From Chara braunii (Eukaryota; Plantae; Charophyceae), in NCBI GenBank assembly GCA_003427395.1, contig BFEA01000024.1, forward strand, positions 1,094,775 to 1,158,774: a DNA stretch of 64,000 nucleotides, read 5' to 3'. Below the pieces are notes generated by a model, which was not told the origin of the DNA, made no database searches, and worked only from the letters and a program-made list of their open reading frames with translations. Position numbers and translations under genes: made by a program. Below, in pieces: positions 38,025 to 49,752 of this stretch (its first letter is position 1; each line of letters opens with the position of its first letter).

Positions 38025-41000
38025 ATGTCTACGTCAAGGGGCGAGGAACAGCCTACGGGGACCTCGGGGAGGGAATCAACGACCAAAAAGTCCTGGTCCG
38101 ATCATGTCCGCGCGAAATGGTATGTCGATTGGTGCTGCGGGGATGAGAACGACCCCACGAGAGGGCCTTGCGGTCCTGTTCTATTCGTGGAAGACAGTAG
38201 ACCCCGGAGAGTGCTTGGTTCGGTGGAGGGATGGCAGGCGGCTAGGAGTCACGACAAGATGTATTTCAAGCTGCACGAGATTTACAATTCGAAGGGCGGC
38301 ATCGTGGCTGCTTCCAAAGGGGCGGCCCTGTCGTGGGATCTGTTCCAGGGGTTTGGTGCAGGGGCTTTGAGGACCCCTTTCTACACACAACTCGCGGCTG
38401 AAGGTGTTGTTTCCGCTAGGGAGTTCTTCGACTTGGTGGAAACGAATGACGTCCACCTTGATGAACCGTGCCAGATCTCATGCAACCTGGCACTGTCGCA
38501 ACCTGTGCAGATGTGCACTGGGTTCGAATCCAGCGGTGCTCCGTCCGAGGGAGGAGATTTGGGTTCCGGTGCTTCGTTCCAACTCCACCTCGGCAAGGAA
38601 CGCGGTCGCTTCGACGATAGCGAGGAGGAAGAAGAGGAGAGGACGGGGAATTCGCCGGTAAGAGGGGGAGACCGCAGGGTGCTGAGCATTCCGGGGGTTG
38701 AGAAAAGAACACCGGTTCAGGAGCAGCCCTCGACGTCAGCCGGGGGTCACACAATGGGGTCGGGGGGGAGGCCTGCTGGCGTCGTGTCCGGGGGAGAAGA
38801 GGGTGAACAACAGTCTTCACAAAAGAGAAGGGGAGATTCTCGTGGAGTAGCGGCGGCAGCTTCAGGCCCCGCAGACGTCAGGGGGAAAAAGGAAGGGAGG
38901 GGAGGGGCATGTGGACGCTGCGAGTCACAAACGCCCATCCTCGGCGCAGATTCAGCCCCTGTCCGGCCCTGTGCAGCAGAGGGCTCCCATCGACATCGAT
39001 GCGGCGTATTTCCTCGAATGGAAAGACGGCGTGCGCACAAAGCGGGAGATCCCCATTAACCCGTCGCAAGTCGTCGACATCGGGGAGTGGGAAGCCGGGT
39101 ACAACCAGCGTTCCTTGGATCCGGTGCAAACACAGCTGATCATCGACGCCATGACGACGGCCTACTCGCAGGCCGAGAAGACGTACGAGCTGCCCACACT
39201 GAAGCTAGGGCCGCTGGGGCTAGAGAAACCGAAGTCGTGGGTGCGTGCAGTCCGTCTGAAGCCCGAGGACTGGAAGGACGAGCTGGCAGACCAATACTAC
39301 TACTACGCTGTTGCCGGCCAGCACAACGCGACCGCCGCCAGGAAGCTGCTTGGCACAGACGTGGCGGTCAGGTACAACTTCGAGAGGTGGCCTGCACGAA
39401 TGGTGTACTTCTCCGACGCGGACTTCAAAGGGTATTTTCTGGTCAGCGCCGAGTACAACAAGAAGGACCTGAAGGCGCCTCCCAGACAGCAGAAACTTTC
39501 GATGAAGAACATCCGGTGGTGTTGGAAGGAAAAGGGTTACCCCAGAGCTGTTATGGGGAACCCGAGCGGAAAACAGGCTCAGGTGGAGGCGTGGCGCAGG
39601 TTTTGTACAGATGCGCTTCAAAAGACGCCGTACAATCATTTGTGAATACTCGCTGACGACAAGACCGAGCAAGGCATAAGGAAGCAGAACGCTGCCCTTC
39701 GATCTTATTTCCCGCTTGCGATGGCCGGGGAAAGTGCCTGGAAAATGGGAATGGAATTTTTTGAGAAATGGGAGACGGGCAGACTGCTGGCACCCGAAGG
39801 GGCGAAGTGGATCGCGAAGAAGGAGAAGGTGAAGGATGTGAAGGCCGGTGTGAGCCACATCGAAAATGATAAGGCCGGGCGAAAGGAGGTCGTCTACAAC
39901 ATCCCCGTCGAAGCGCCTAAAAGAAAGGAAAAAAAGAAAAGGCGTCTGGCGACTGGTTCGTCCAAGTCACCGAGCCGGATCCGCACTGCTGGAAAAGCAT
40001 GGAAGCCTTAACAGACAATGAGAAATGTCGGTTGCTGAAAAAGGTTCTCAACTGCGAGGTGGTGTGGGTGCAGACCGGCTCCTCTGCGTTGGCAAAGCAA
40101 GGGAAGTTGGGGATGCACGAGGCAGTGCAACTGGTGAAGTGCGACCGCATTTTGGTGCGGTTATGGAACTACTACCAGTTTAAGTATGAGAATCGGTCTG
40201 ACTCTGATTGGACGCGTTCGTATCCCTTCCTGCGGAAAAGAGAGGCGATTTTGGGACAGTTCAAAAGCCAGGCGCTGGATGCAGCATTGTGGGACGGAAG
40301 CAGGAAACTCGTTGGAGGCTCATCGTTGTTCAGAGACTGTCCCCCGTTTATGGGCTGCGAGGACGACAAGTCGATCAAGGCGACAGAAAAACTGGTTCAC
40401 AACAAGAAGTTGTCCATCGACTGGAAGAACAAGGTCCTTTCCGTGCTGACCGGCAGCAGGTCGAAAAGCATGGATGTCGCGCTTGCCGAAGTCATGGTGC
40501 ACATTCGGTGGCGGGACTCGGGAGACGTGACATCCATCGCCCCCTTCGGCGTCGATCCTCTGGAGGCGCAGATGAAGGTCGTCGAGTTGGAGAAAGCGGT
40601 TGGGATCACGAAATGCCACACTGTCGTTCTTGATTTGTGCGAGCTTGTGGATATCACAATGTGGACACAGCAAGCTTTCGAGAGTTTGAATGCCCTTCTA
40701 GAACATTTGTTCCCTTCGCACTGGACGGTCGTTGCTTTCGTCCCCCGGGAGCACGACTACTACTTCATGACCAGTCTACGCCATTTGTCCGTTGTCAAGG
40801 CAATGGCAGGAAAGTGGGTGAGGAGGATGCAGCAGAAGAAAAGCTTCGCGGCCGGCAACAACTTGTACTCATTGGACGACCGCATGTACATCCTCTTCAA
40901 AGGTGACGACTTGCGGGAGAACACGTCTGTGGTTTACGACGCGAGGTTGGGGGCGGGTGATGTTGCTGCTGTTGGGGCACATGTCAAAGTCACCCCGACG

Positions 41001-43740
41001 GACGTCTCGGAGATGTCGTTCGACCCTTGTGAATGGCCCCTGGTCATACCTGGTCGTGAACCCAAGGTTTACAAGGACATGGAACGGAACCTCACGCACT
41101 TGGCCCATCAGCTGGAATTCGTGTGCAAAAAAGGGGAGGGTGTCATGTTTCTCGGGAAGGCGCACGCGCAAGTCGTGTGGGAGGCTTTGAAGGGCGATCG
41201 CAACGTCATCGCGTTGGAGGGGAATTCGGAGTTGCTGCAATACACGTTGGATTTCCTGAAAAGCGCGGTCAACTCTGGAGCCCACCGCTGCGAGTTCATT
41301 TCGAGGACCGACAAACCGAAACGCGCTTGGGAGCCGTCCACGGACATGTGGTTGAAGCTAAGCAAGAGGAAAAGGGACAGGATATACGAGTTCCTCTTCC
41401 TGGAGACGCGGCCTAGGAGGGACAGCGACCCTGAGTATATTCGCCGCAAGGAGCACATGTTGGCATTGCTGGACAACTACCATGGCGCCTCGCGTTTGAA
41501 CGCGAAGAACTTCCTGGACCGACTGGAGTGTTTGTACTTTGTCGAGCCGGAGCAGGAGCTCAGGGTCGCGAGTTACAGTGCATTGATTGACACGGACGAA
41601 GAGGCATCGACCGGAGTCGTTTTCGACACCAATGTTCCGGAGGAGGATAGCGACACCGAGGAAATCGCCCTAAATTACCACCCTGCTCCTGTTCTTCCAT
41701 CCCCGGGTTCCTTGACGGCAGGTGCGTCATCATGCCAGGCCAGTCCAACGGCGCCCGTTCGCAGGTCCACCCCCGGCAAGACCCCCAGCAAGCTGTTGGC
41801 GAAACTCACACCCCGAACTGTTGCCCCGCCTCGCTTGCGTCCAGGGAGTGCAGTCCCATCGGAACATCCTTCTCGGAAGGATGATTCCATTCACTTTGAA
41901 GGGCACGACCACACTCGTTCTAGTGAAGCAGACTGGGGTCACGACATGATTTGGCACCCGGGAACGATCCAGCCTTCAATCCGCAAAGGGGAGTGGATCA
42001 TGGTCGTCGTGGACTCGGCTGGGCAGTGGGAGCCATGCTCGCGCCTTCCCAAGTCCGAGTACTTGCAACTCGCAAGCAGTGGTGTGGCGGATAAAGTGGC
42101 GTCCGAGAACCCCCATCTCCAGGCAACCGACCCGGCCGTCGTTGACCACGCTGATCGCTTGTTTCTGGAGCTTCAAGACAAGGGGTGGTTGGAACTCTCA
42201 GACGAGTTTTACGACTTCGATGCGAGTCCTTCGAAGGGAAGCGTGGACTGGAAGGTCCCCCCTACGACGGGGCCGCAGGCGAGTGCGGGAGGGGGACCTC
42301 CAGGCCCTCCGGGGGGGGGAGCGGATGAGGGTAGCGGCAAGGGGAAAGGAGAGGGCACCGCGTCAGGGGGATCGGTTGGCACTCACGACCAGGGCAAAAC
42401 ATTGGAAAGCGGCGGCCAGGTTGGGGTGTTCAACGTTGCTGACAAGACGACCGAGGGGGCCAGCAAATTGGTCGCCGACATCCGAACTTCTCAGAACGAG
42501 GAGCCAGCGCCTTCGGACGCTGCGAAGTCCGTCGGCATCCGCACTACATCGACCACACATTGGTCGGCCATCCCCTCGACGACTGCTTTCGCCGCCTCCG
42601 TTGGCATCGGGAGAGGCTCAAATGAGGGGGTTCCAATCACCGGCGTCAAGTACGAGTCCGTTGTTATCCGAACCAAGACTCATGAGGTGCACGATGGGGA
42701 ACCCGTCCTGCGCAGCGCTACAGGAGCAAAAGTGTCGGAAGCGGGTGCCAAAATGAAGTCCGCCGGAATCCTCACTTCGGTTTCGTCCTGTGCCACGTCC
42801 GACGACTTTCCTACGCGGCAGGGGACTGCGTCGGCCGTCGGAGACGGGCCGCCTACGGAGTCCAACGCACGGTTGGATAGCGGGGCGTCGTCTGTGCTCT
42901 GCAATTCGAACTCCGCCGGTATCCGAACTTGCTGGGGAACGGGCATGCAGTCACAGGTCGTCGAGTGGGCGGAAGATGAGACGTGTGCGGGGATAGAAGA
43001 CTTGTCGGCGGGAGTCGGCGATGAGCCGGTGGAAGGAGCCGAACTGCGCGAGAGGGACGGGGGGGAAGAATGGGTGCAAGTGGAGGACGACCAAGAACAA
43101 CAGGAATGGGAAGAAGATGGGGGAGGAGCGAAAGAGGGGGAAAGGGATTCAATTTTGTTGCGTGAAGGAGAACACAATGGACGGTGGAGAAGATGCTGGC
43201 TGCGGAGAGTCGTCTGACTCGTTCGGACAGTTGTACACGATGCAACGCGGAGGTGATGTCGACGATGACGCGACGACGATGGAAATGGAGACTCAGGTGG
43301 CCACTGGACTTTCCGCAGACCTAGATGCCTATGACGTGCACCCGCTGGCACCGGCAGTGCATCTCCAGGACGGGTGCGACGAGGTCGCCATGGCAGGGAG
43401 CCAGACGAAAACAAATCGTTGAATGGACGTCAACGACGTCACTGATTGCAAATTCGGCAAACAACACGCCATATCAACTCCGTCCCCGCCTACGAAAAAC
43501 GTCGGCCGCGTCGACACCGATCTTTCCGTGGGCGCCGACTTGGCGGTCCCGTCGCCCTGCTCTCCGACACTAGCGGACGCCTTCCCTGGCACAGTGGGGG
43601 TAGGGGTTGCCGGCTGCCAACATGTGACATCCCCGAAAAAAACCAGGGTGGCCACTCCGCCTCTCGCGGTGCTCGCCTTACCCGCGCTCAGGTCGCCGAT
43701 GAAGGAACGAAGGGAAAAACCGGCTGGTAAGCGTTCATGA
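38025..43740 (+). pseudogene. Very large decayed ORF: ParB/Srx-like domain, DNA-methyltransferase-like (beta-class order) fold, long low-complexity tail
   Basis: Frames 37968, 38911/39721, 39999 and 43021/43423 joined by frameshifts and stops; ParB-like YNQRSLD..LIIDAM..YYAVAGQHNATAARKL..WPARMVY; MTase-like HTVVLDL .. MERNLTHLAHQLEFVCKKGEGVMFLG..ALKGDRNVIALEGN. Confidence 0.6.
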
Positions 43741-45208
43741 TCTCCGCCACGTCTGCACGCCAACGTCTCTTGAGGGCCAACGATGTCAGTCAGCCATCTT
43801 GTCGTTGAGGCGAGGACAAGTTCTGCCTTCCCATGGACGGTAGCAAAGACGGAAGTCTGTGTGGCCACAGAAGAGGATTGCGGACACTTGCCGCAGTTCG
43901 CGCTGCGCCGAAATTCGAACCCCAATGGCCACATACAGATCAACCGGTATTGGCCTCGACACAACAAGTGCGGATACCGGCGGACTATAACAATGGGTCC
44001 TTCCGGTACGACACACCTGACCTATCCGCCTCGTCTGGAGTGTGCTATTCTTTCGTTGGCAGGACAAGTCGTTGTAGTACGCCGGTATCCGCACTACCAT
44101 CGTCCACGACATGAGAAGAGCTAGCACATGGTTAAGTATACATTCCGGCGGACTTTCATCCACGACCTGCACACAGATACTGAACTCGTTACCCCTCGGC
44201 AAAACAAGTGTGGATACCGGCGGACCAAACAACCCCTGCCGAGAAGATAAATCACCCTTCTATCTGCTGGTTGTTTAAGTCCGCCGGTGTCCACACTTCT
44301 ATTGTGGGTGCGTGATGTGCTTAGTCTCAGATACTCCACCGACATCCGCACATGGGCAAGTGCCGACTTTCCATCTCTCACCGACACTGGTCGTGACGAC
44401 ACCGGCGGTGTACAAAAAACAGACCTTCCGGAGGTCCGATCTTTTTAGTGCGTCGGTATCCTCACTTCCAATGTCAGGGCCGGACGTGGTTGGTCGGTGT
44501 CTGCCCGTTGTGGCTTCTAGTCCGCCGGAATCCAGACTTCATCGTTTGTCGACTTCCCTCCTGTTTGGCCTGACGTGGTCTTGCTTCGCGTTGTGCAGGG
44601 GTCTCAGGCTCGACTGCGCTCCTCGTCTTCATGTCCAAAGGCTCACATGCTCCTCGCTGCACACGACCATGTGATGACAAACTCCGCTGGTTGGAGAGGC
44701 CATCATCTGGATGGCTATGTCATTGTTTTACTTTTCAACTTTAATCGAATCGTATATTCATTTCGGGTTCTGTCTTTCTTTTGTTTACAGGGGTAGGGTC
44801 GACTCGGAAAAGGAGGTCCTCCAATTTCTCGAAATATCCGGCACGAATATTGCAGAAGGTCCCCGGGTTCACGACAAGACACAAGAATATGTTAAAGGCA
44901 TCAGGGGTTGATGTCGAGATTGGGGAGAAGCACCATGCTGTGGCCACTGATGAATGTCTTTCCCTTCTGCCTCCGGAGAAGGGGACGTATCCCCAATCTG
45001 TGACTCGGGGTCATGCCATGTATGAAAAATACTTAGCAAAGCATCGCGCGATGAGGGACAATCTTTGGAACACCGTTTCTCACAACCCAGCGTGTGCGTT
45101 GGTCGATGATGTGCATTTCGCCCCAGAGCACATGGAGCCTGCGCGGGGACTTTCGATAAAGCGATTGCGCCTCGAGTCTTAAGGGTTATGGGTGACATAT
45201 CCTGAGGC

Positions 45209-45877
45209 TTGGTGATACCTCATCATGTTCTATCTACTTTCGTTGATGATCAAGTGAGAATCACAGCTAAAGATCTGCTCACCGTCTTGCTTGTCGATGG
45301 GAAGCTCAACGATGAGGTGGTGAATTTCTACATGGCGCTTTTGGGGTCGTCTGCATGCGTGACACGTCAAACATCATCAGGCCTTCGAGTCTTCAACTTC
45401 AGTTCGTTCTTCTTCAGTAAGCTGCAACTCCATGGACACGGTGTGGTGGAAAGGTGGGCTAAGAATGTAGATCTGCTTCACTTCGATGTGATCTTCGTTC
45501 CGGTGCACAAAGACAATGATCACTGGATCCTCCTTTCCGTCAATTTGAGGGACAATGTCTTCGAGATTTTCGACTCCTGTCCTCGCATTATAGCAGATTC
45601 GCGTTTCTACCTTAGTGTTTTTGAGTTGATTGTACAATACTTAGAACATCATACCTCACATAGCCGGTCGCCTAGGAGTTGGAAGTCTATGGCGGGGAAC
45701 GTTGTTGTGGAAGGAGTTCCGAGACAAGTTGATGGAGCTAGTTGCGGGGTGTTCATGTTGACGTTTGCAACGTTGTTGCAACGTGGTGATCGACCACCTT
45801 TCAGGTTCTCTTCTGAAGATATCCCTGTAATTAAACGACAATTGGCAACATGTCTTTTGGAACACCATTGTCTTTGA
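45209..45877 (+). CDS. Ulp1-family (peptidase C48) SUMO/Ubl protease domain; start uncertain, probably the last exon of a larger decayed gene
   Basis: LNDEVVNFY, FSSFFFSKL, VERW, IFVPVH..DHWILL (His), IFDS (Asp), PRQVDGASCGVF (Gln, Cys): triad intact. Confidence 0.92.
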   Translation: MVIPHHVLSTFVDDQVRITAKDLLTVLLVDGKLNDEVVNFYMALLGSSACVTRQTSSGLRVFNFSSFFFSKLQLHGHGVVERWAKNVDLLHFDVIFVPVHKDNDHWILLSVNLRDNVFEIFDSCPRIIADSRFYLSVFELIVQYLEHHTSHSRSPRSWKSMAGNVVVEGVPRQVDGASCGVFMLTFATLLQRGDRPPFRFSSEDIPVIKRQLATCLLEHHCL

Positions 45878-46489
45878 TTGATTTCCATGACTTCTGTACA
45901 TTCTTTTGACTGTATTTCATTCAATAGCGATTGTTTTTTGTTATACATGACATTATTCCACTGCCTTTCTCAGTGCAACTTCGTTCTCTTTTGTTCACTC
46001 AATTTCGAGTGCTGTTTAGGATGGTCGTTGTCTGTATGGCGACATTTGTAGTCTTTGTCATCTGCATCGTTTCTCGTGCGGTGGGACAAATTCTTGTTGC
46101 GTTCTTTTCTTCGAATTTCACATATAAGAACCTAGAGTGTGCATAAGAATTGAAATCAGATGATATCCGAATTTCTTGTGCGATATAATAAATTGGTGTG
46201 CCCATGCATAACAACTCCCGATAAGTGCGTCGGTGTGCAGTTCATTACGCGACCATCACTTGGTTTGTGATTGCCTACAGTGCATTTAACAAATAACTTC
46301 GTGTTCATGTCCGGGACTTCTGTGAATGGCCTGCTCAAGTGCAGATGTTGCTTGCCAATAAAATCAACCCCCCTCTTTGTATGCATTTCATCACATAGCG
46401 AAATAAGTCCAGATATTATCAAACATACATTGCATCACTTGAAGAAGTCTGGTTCTTATACGAAATCAGAAAAGTTGTCCTTGTCAGAG

Positions 46490-47400
46490 GTCGACACCTT
46501 GCTGAATAAAGTCCAATAGCGATCGCATTCGGAAATGTATTATCCACCGGACGACACCTTGCTGAATAAAGTGCAATAGCGATCGCATTCGGAAATGTAT
46601 TATCCACCATGAGTTCGGTTAGGACACCACACTCATAAAATTTCTTAAGTATAACAAGTATGGATCTCAGCACACTTCCGTATGTTGGCTAAGTGTCTGG
46701 GCGTGCTTCTCACTATACTAAGTCTTCTAAAGTATAACAAGTATGGATCTCAACACACTTCCGCATGTTGGCCAAGTGCCTGGCCGTGCTTGTCGCCATA
46801 CTAAGCCTTCTAAAGAACACGAAATCTCACCGAATCCATATAACCGTCTCGACCGAGAGGATAGACATGCCTATGTTACTAAAAGATAACCGAAGCAAGC
46901 TTGTCCAACAAGGAGACAATCAATACGCTTCATAAAAGTGTTATCCAACATCGATTCGGTTGTGACGCCTTGCTCATTAAATTTTTGAAGTATAAGAAGT
47001 ATGGATCTCAACACACTTCCGCATGTGGGCCAAGTGCCTGGGCATGCCAGTTGCTATACTAAGCATTCTAAAGAAGACGGAATCTCACCAAACATCCATA
47101 TAAGTATTAATTGTTTCGGCCGAGAGGATGGACATGCCTACGTTACTTCAGAATAGTGGAAGTGAGCTTGGCCAAGAAGGATACAATTAAGCCGCCTTGC
47201 TCATCACAATCCTAAAGAAGTACGGATCTCAGCACACTTGTCGAATTTCAACGACAAGGATACAATCAAGGGGCCTTGGTCGTCACAATTATAAACAAAT
47301 TGCATATCGGGCATACCTTGCTTATTACTATTATAAACAAGTATGGATCTCAACACACTTCCGCATATGGGCCGAGTGGATGGCCATGCCTACATTGCTT
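46490..47400. repeat. Interspersed direct repeats downstream of Ulp1
   Basis: 60-bp tandem pair at ~46492-46608; about 5 copies of agtatggatctca(a/g)cacactt near 46658, 46740, 46998, 47218 and 47340. Confidence 0.85.
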
Positions 47401-48083
47401 AGGTTGTAGCCGAAACTGAATTCGTTCAAAAGAGAACACAATATAATGTCTTATTTTAACGAATAACATGTTCTATACACTCCTTTGCGAGCTCTTCCCT
47501 AAAGAAACACCCCATTGTGGGGATTAATTAGACACCTCAATCTTTCATCTAACCAAAAGATTAGGGTGGTTGACCCGATTACACATGGCACACATGTACC
47601 TTATGGGTAGGGCCCCGTTAAGCCCATTCTCATGGTCCTTATTAACACATGTAAGTCACTAATTTCAGACACTCATAAAACGAGTGGACAGGGGTATTTA
47701 TTAAGCTTTCAAAAATAAATAAAATCCACCCCTTTTTTTCATGGAATCCTACTTTTATCAGTAGGGTTCTTCTCTCTCACCACATAATTTATCATCCATA
47801 AGTTTCGCTTAGTGACCAAGTTCTCACAATCTTTCTTCCAAATAAACTCAAGGTTTGTACTTCTCAAAATTGTACACTTATCGACAATGCCATTTTCAAC
47901 CAAAATTAAAGTCGATTGGAGGGTCCAAAAATCAGGTGGGTTTTCCCTGCCGCAGACGACACCCCCACCGACATTTAGTCAAAACTTAAATCTCTCTAGG
48001 AGTCGTAATCATGGAAGTCACCATCACAGACTAGACCGTTTGTGGCCTATAATAAGCTAAGTGAAGGAATTAGAAATAATAGG

Positions 48084-48430
48084 CTTCCTCATCGCTTGCG
48101 TTGCCTTTACTAGCTATTACATGACTATGCAAGCGGGGATGCCGATTTGAACAGTTCTTTCCCTACCCTCCGCCACACACAAAACCAATTGTGACTCACA
48201 ACCACTGGCCAAGCAAGGGCTTCCGAACTTGACAGGTTTCCCTGTTGTGAAGGACTTAGAAACAACAGACTTCCTCATCGCCTGTGTTGCCTTTACCAAC
48301 TATTACATGACTACGCAAGCGGGGATGCCGATTTGAACGGTTTTTTCCCTACCCTCCGCCACACACAAAATCAACTGTGACTCACAACCACTGGCCAAGC
48401 AAGGACTCCCGAACTTGACAGGTTTCCCTG
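48084..48430. repeat. 186-bp-period direct duplication
   Basis: cttcctcatcgc..gaacttgacaggtttccctg at 48084 and 48270. Confidence 0.9.
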
Positions 48431-49715
48431 CCTCAGATGACACCCTTACCGACCGCTGAGAGCTAACAAAGTGGATTTGCCGATTTGGCCGAGGATAAAA
48501 CTCCAACTCCATAAAATCTTTTTAAGCCATCCCCCCTCTCTTGAGGGTGAGCATTCCATAAAAACTTTTAAAACCTCTTTCCACTTGAAGGAGAATCAAC
48601 CATAAAATCTCTCAGCCATCCTCCTACTCATGGATGGACTATTATATATATTCTCTTAATTTGATTTTCTGGATTCTTTAAATCTCCCATAAAGCTTTCA
48701 CTAAAAATCACACTTTCTTCACTTCATCGAACCCTATTTAGTTCATACACTTTTTGTTGACCTTTTGTCACTCCTACAAGGAAGATGAGCAATAGCGAAC
48801 TTCAGCAATCAAACAGCATCATACATATAAGACTAGATAATCGTGACCTCGAACTAACAGTAGAATTGCATCACGAGTTTCACCAAATAAGAACCCACCA
48901 AGAGTTCATAATTGACAATGCTGAAATAGTCCCATCATCATCATCAACGAAGAACCAATGTTGATATCCTATCTGGCGCTCGGCACCCAGACTACAGATG
49001 GCAGATCCTATCTAGCCTAAACTACAATGCCGAAGATGACGACAACAGCTTCACCGAAGTACGAGCAGATAGCGACCAATGCCGCACGCTTCCAGCACCA
49101 GGTATGTCTCTCGCTTCACTCACAACCTCGTTCCCCAACACATAAATGCCACATGCACCCAAGGACCACCCTGCGCCACACCCAGCTTACAGCAGCGCAG
49201 CTCGGCTATGGCTGCCTGCTCCTTCCCTGCTCGCCTGTGAGAGCGTGGGCGCCAACCAGAAAATAGCGCAGCAGCGTTTGCGCAGCATGCAGCCAGCACC
49301 CAAATGCCCAATGCGGAGGTAGACCCTTTGCTATATGGAAGTGGCCTGCCTGCTTGCTTGTCCCAAGTTGCCCTGGGTCTTTCCCAAGAAGCTTCTGGTA
49401 GGCCCTGGTAGGCTGAGGCCCAGTCCACACAACTCAGGCCTTGGGCCTGTAGTGGCTACTCGCGCCCAACTGTCCACGGCCTGTGTTTGGCCCAGTACCC
49501 GTACCCAGCCCAGGGCCTGCTTTTCATACATTAAGGTGGCCCAGGGACTGAGTTTTCTCAACCAACTGGCGTTGCGCAACTGCCTGAATTTCCTTGAGTT
49601 GCGTGGTCACCAAAATAGGGGCCCTCAGGCCCTCGTCGTGCCTGCCTTCACTTAGGGCGGCCGACGTGATATATAGCAGGGCCTGAAAGGGGCTCATCGG
49701 GGCTTCCGCCTCGCA

Positions 49716-49726
49716 TTCCCTCCTCC
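49716..49726 (-). other. Polypurine tract preceding the 3' LTR (LTR would begin TG at 49715 on the - strand)
   Basis: - strand ggaggagggaa then tgcga, 27 bp after the integrase stop. Confidence 0.65.
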
Positions 49727-49752
49727 ATAACTTCGATAGTCCTCTGAGAAGT

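Larger units (their letters stand above)
14620..47400 (+). mobile_element. Putative giant Sola-like DNA transposon (or two adjacent related elements) with cargo ORFs; termini not defined
   Basis: Sola-like transposase, ParB/MTase-like ORF and Ulp1 domain all on the + strand; shared 22-bp site from 16950 to ~44540; three N-gaps inside; no TIR or TSD found. Confidence 0.5.

Noticed and set aside
16950-44540. 22-bp sites as true tyrosine-recombinase (lox/FRT-like) targets
   Set aside because: No tyrosine recombinase ORF is recognisable in the window, the arms are only 7 bp and the cores vary; kept only as an analogy.
47469-48540. Possible additional - strand LTR with a purine tract near 48530
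   Set aside because: No partner LTR, TSD or coding remnant to support it.
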